Virus record (IMG/VR): IMGVR_UViG_2585427776_000001
Source: a virus
Taxonomy: Duplodnaviria > Heunggongvirae > Uroviricota > Caudoviricetes
Length of the DNA stretch: 8,016 bases
Strand: one strand, 5' to 3'
The notes beneath the pieces are model-generated. The model searched no databases. It saw only the letters and a program-made list of their open reading frames with translations, and was not told where the DNA came from. This document shows positions 7,494 through 8,016 of the stretch, in pieces. The position numbers and the translations under genes are program-made. Positions within the stretch are counted from its first letter, which is position 1; each line of letters begins with the position of its first letter.

Positions 7494-7762
7494 CCGACAA
7501 TAAGCTTTATACCGGGATCACCACGGATGTCGAACGCCGCTATCAGCAGCACCAAAGCGGCAAAGGGGCGAAAGCACTGCGCGGGAAAGGAGAACTAACG
7601 CTGGTGTTTTCCGCGCCAGTGGGCGATCGTTCGCTGGCGTTACGGGCGGAATATCGCGTTAAGCAACTGACCAAACGGCAAAAAGAGCGTCTGGTAGCGG
7701 AAGGCGCAGGGTTTGCAGAGCTGTTAAGCAGTCTGCAAACCCCGGAGATTAAAAGCGATTGA
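7494..7762 (+). pseudogene. yhbQ: yhbQ (GIY-YIG nuclease-superfamily protein, UPF0213), 5'-truncated by the prophage insertion
   Basis: Host-derived reading frame ...[88 protein letters not shown] matches E. coli YhbQ as I recall it from about residue 12 onward. The first ~11 codons are replaced by Mu-end sequence (track ORF 7481..7762 starts at a GTG inside the Mu end). Confidence 0.75.
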
Positions 7763-8016
7763 AATGCTCGTGATACTCAACCAGGCCGGTAACGCCATTC
7801 AGCGCGTCATCCGCTAAACGATGTACCTGGAAGGCGCTTTCAGTGCCCGGCCAGCGGCAACGCAGATCGTGATGCGCCGCCAGTTCAAAGCCGAAACGAC
7901 TGTACAGCGCCGGATCGCCCAGCGTCACCACTGCGGCATAGCCGAACTCATTAAGCGAATCGAGTCCTTCATAGACCAGTTGGCGTGCCAGCCCCTGTCC
8001 ACGGTATTTTTCATCA
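7749..8016 (-). CDS. yhbS: yhbS, GNAT-family N-acetyltransferase, C-terminal part (N-terminus beyond window end)
   Basis: Minus-strand frame open from the window end ([88 protein letters not shown], stop 7749-7751); convergent with yhbQ and overlapping its 3' end, as in the E. coli yhbQ-yhbS locus. Confidence 0.8.
   Translation of the reverse strand, partial: DEKYRGQGLARQLVYEGLDSLNEFGYAAVVTLGDPALYSRFGFELAAHHDLRCRWPGTESAFQVHRLADDALNGVTGLVEYHEHFNRF

Noticed and set aside
1-8016. CRISPR arrays, tRNA/rRNA genes or a cargo defence/toxin system
   Set aside because: No direct-repeat/spacer periodicity, no tRNA-like structures, and every long ORF is explained by phage structural or immunity genes or by the host yhbQ/yhbS genes; there are no unexplained cargo genes in this window.

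Overview
The window is an Escherichia coli-type chromosomal locus (yhbQ / yhbS) carrying the left ~7.5 kb of a Mu-family transposable prophage inserted into the 5' end of yhbQ. Reading leftward from the Mu-type left end at 7493: three MuA-binding-like end repeats, an intact repressor gene c (+ strand), a divergent operator/promoter region, ner (- strand), then only about 40 codons of the transposase A gene fused out of frame to a 5'-truncated DNA-circularization (N, gp43-like) gene. An intact, tightly overlapping baseplate operon follows (gp44 hub, gp45 spike, gp46, gp47 J-like, gp48-like), then the tail-fibre gene S, which runs off the window start and contains a gix-like invertase crossover site at 734-759. 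The element therefore looks like an internally deleted, transposition-defective Mu/D108-like prophage that keeps its immunity module and its baseplate and tail-fibre module. I see no CRISPR array, tRNA or rRNA, and no unexplained gene that would suggest a novel defence or other system. Everything here rests on manual translation and recalled family knowledge; no database search could be run.
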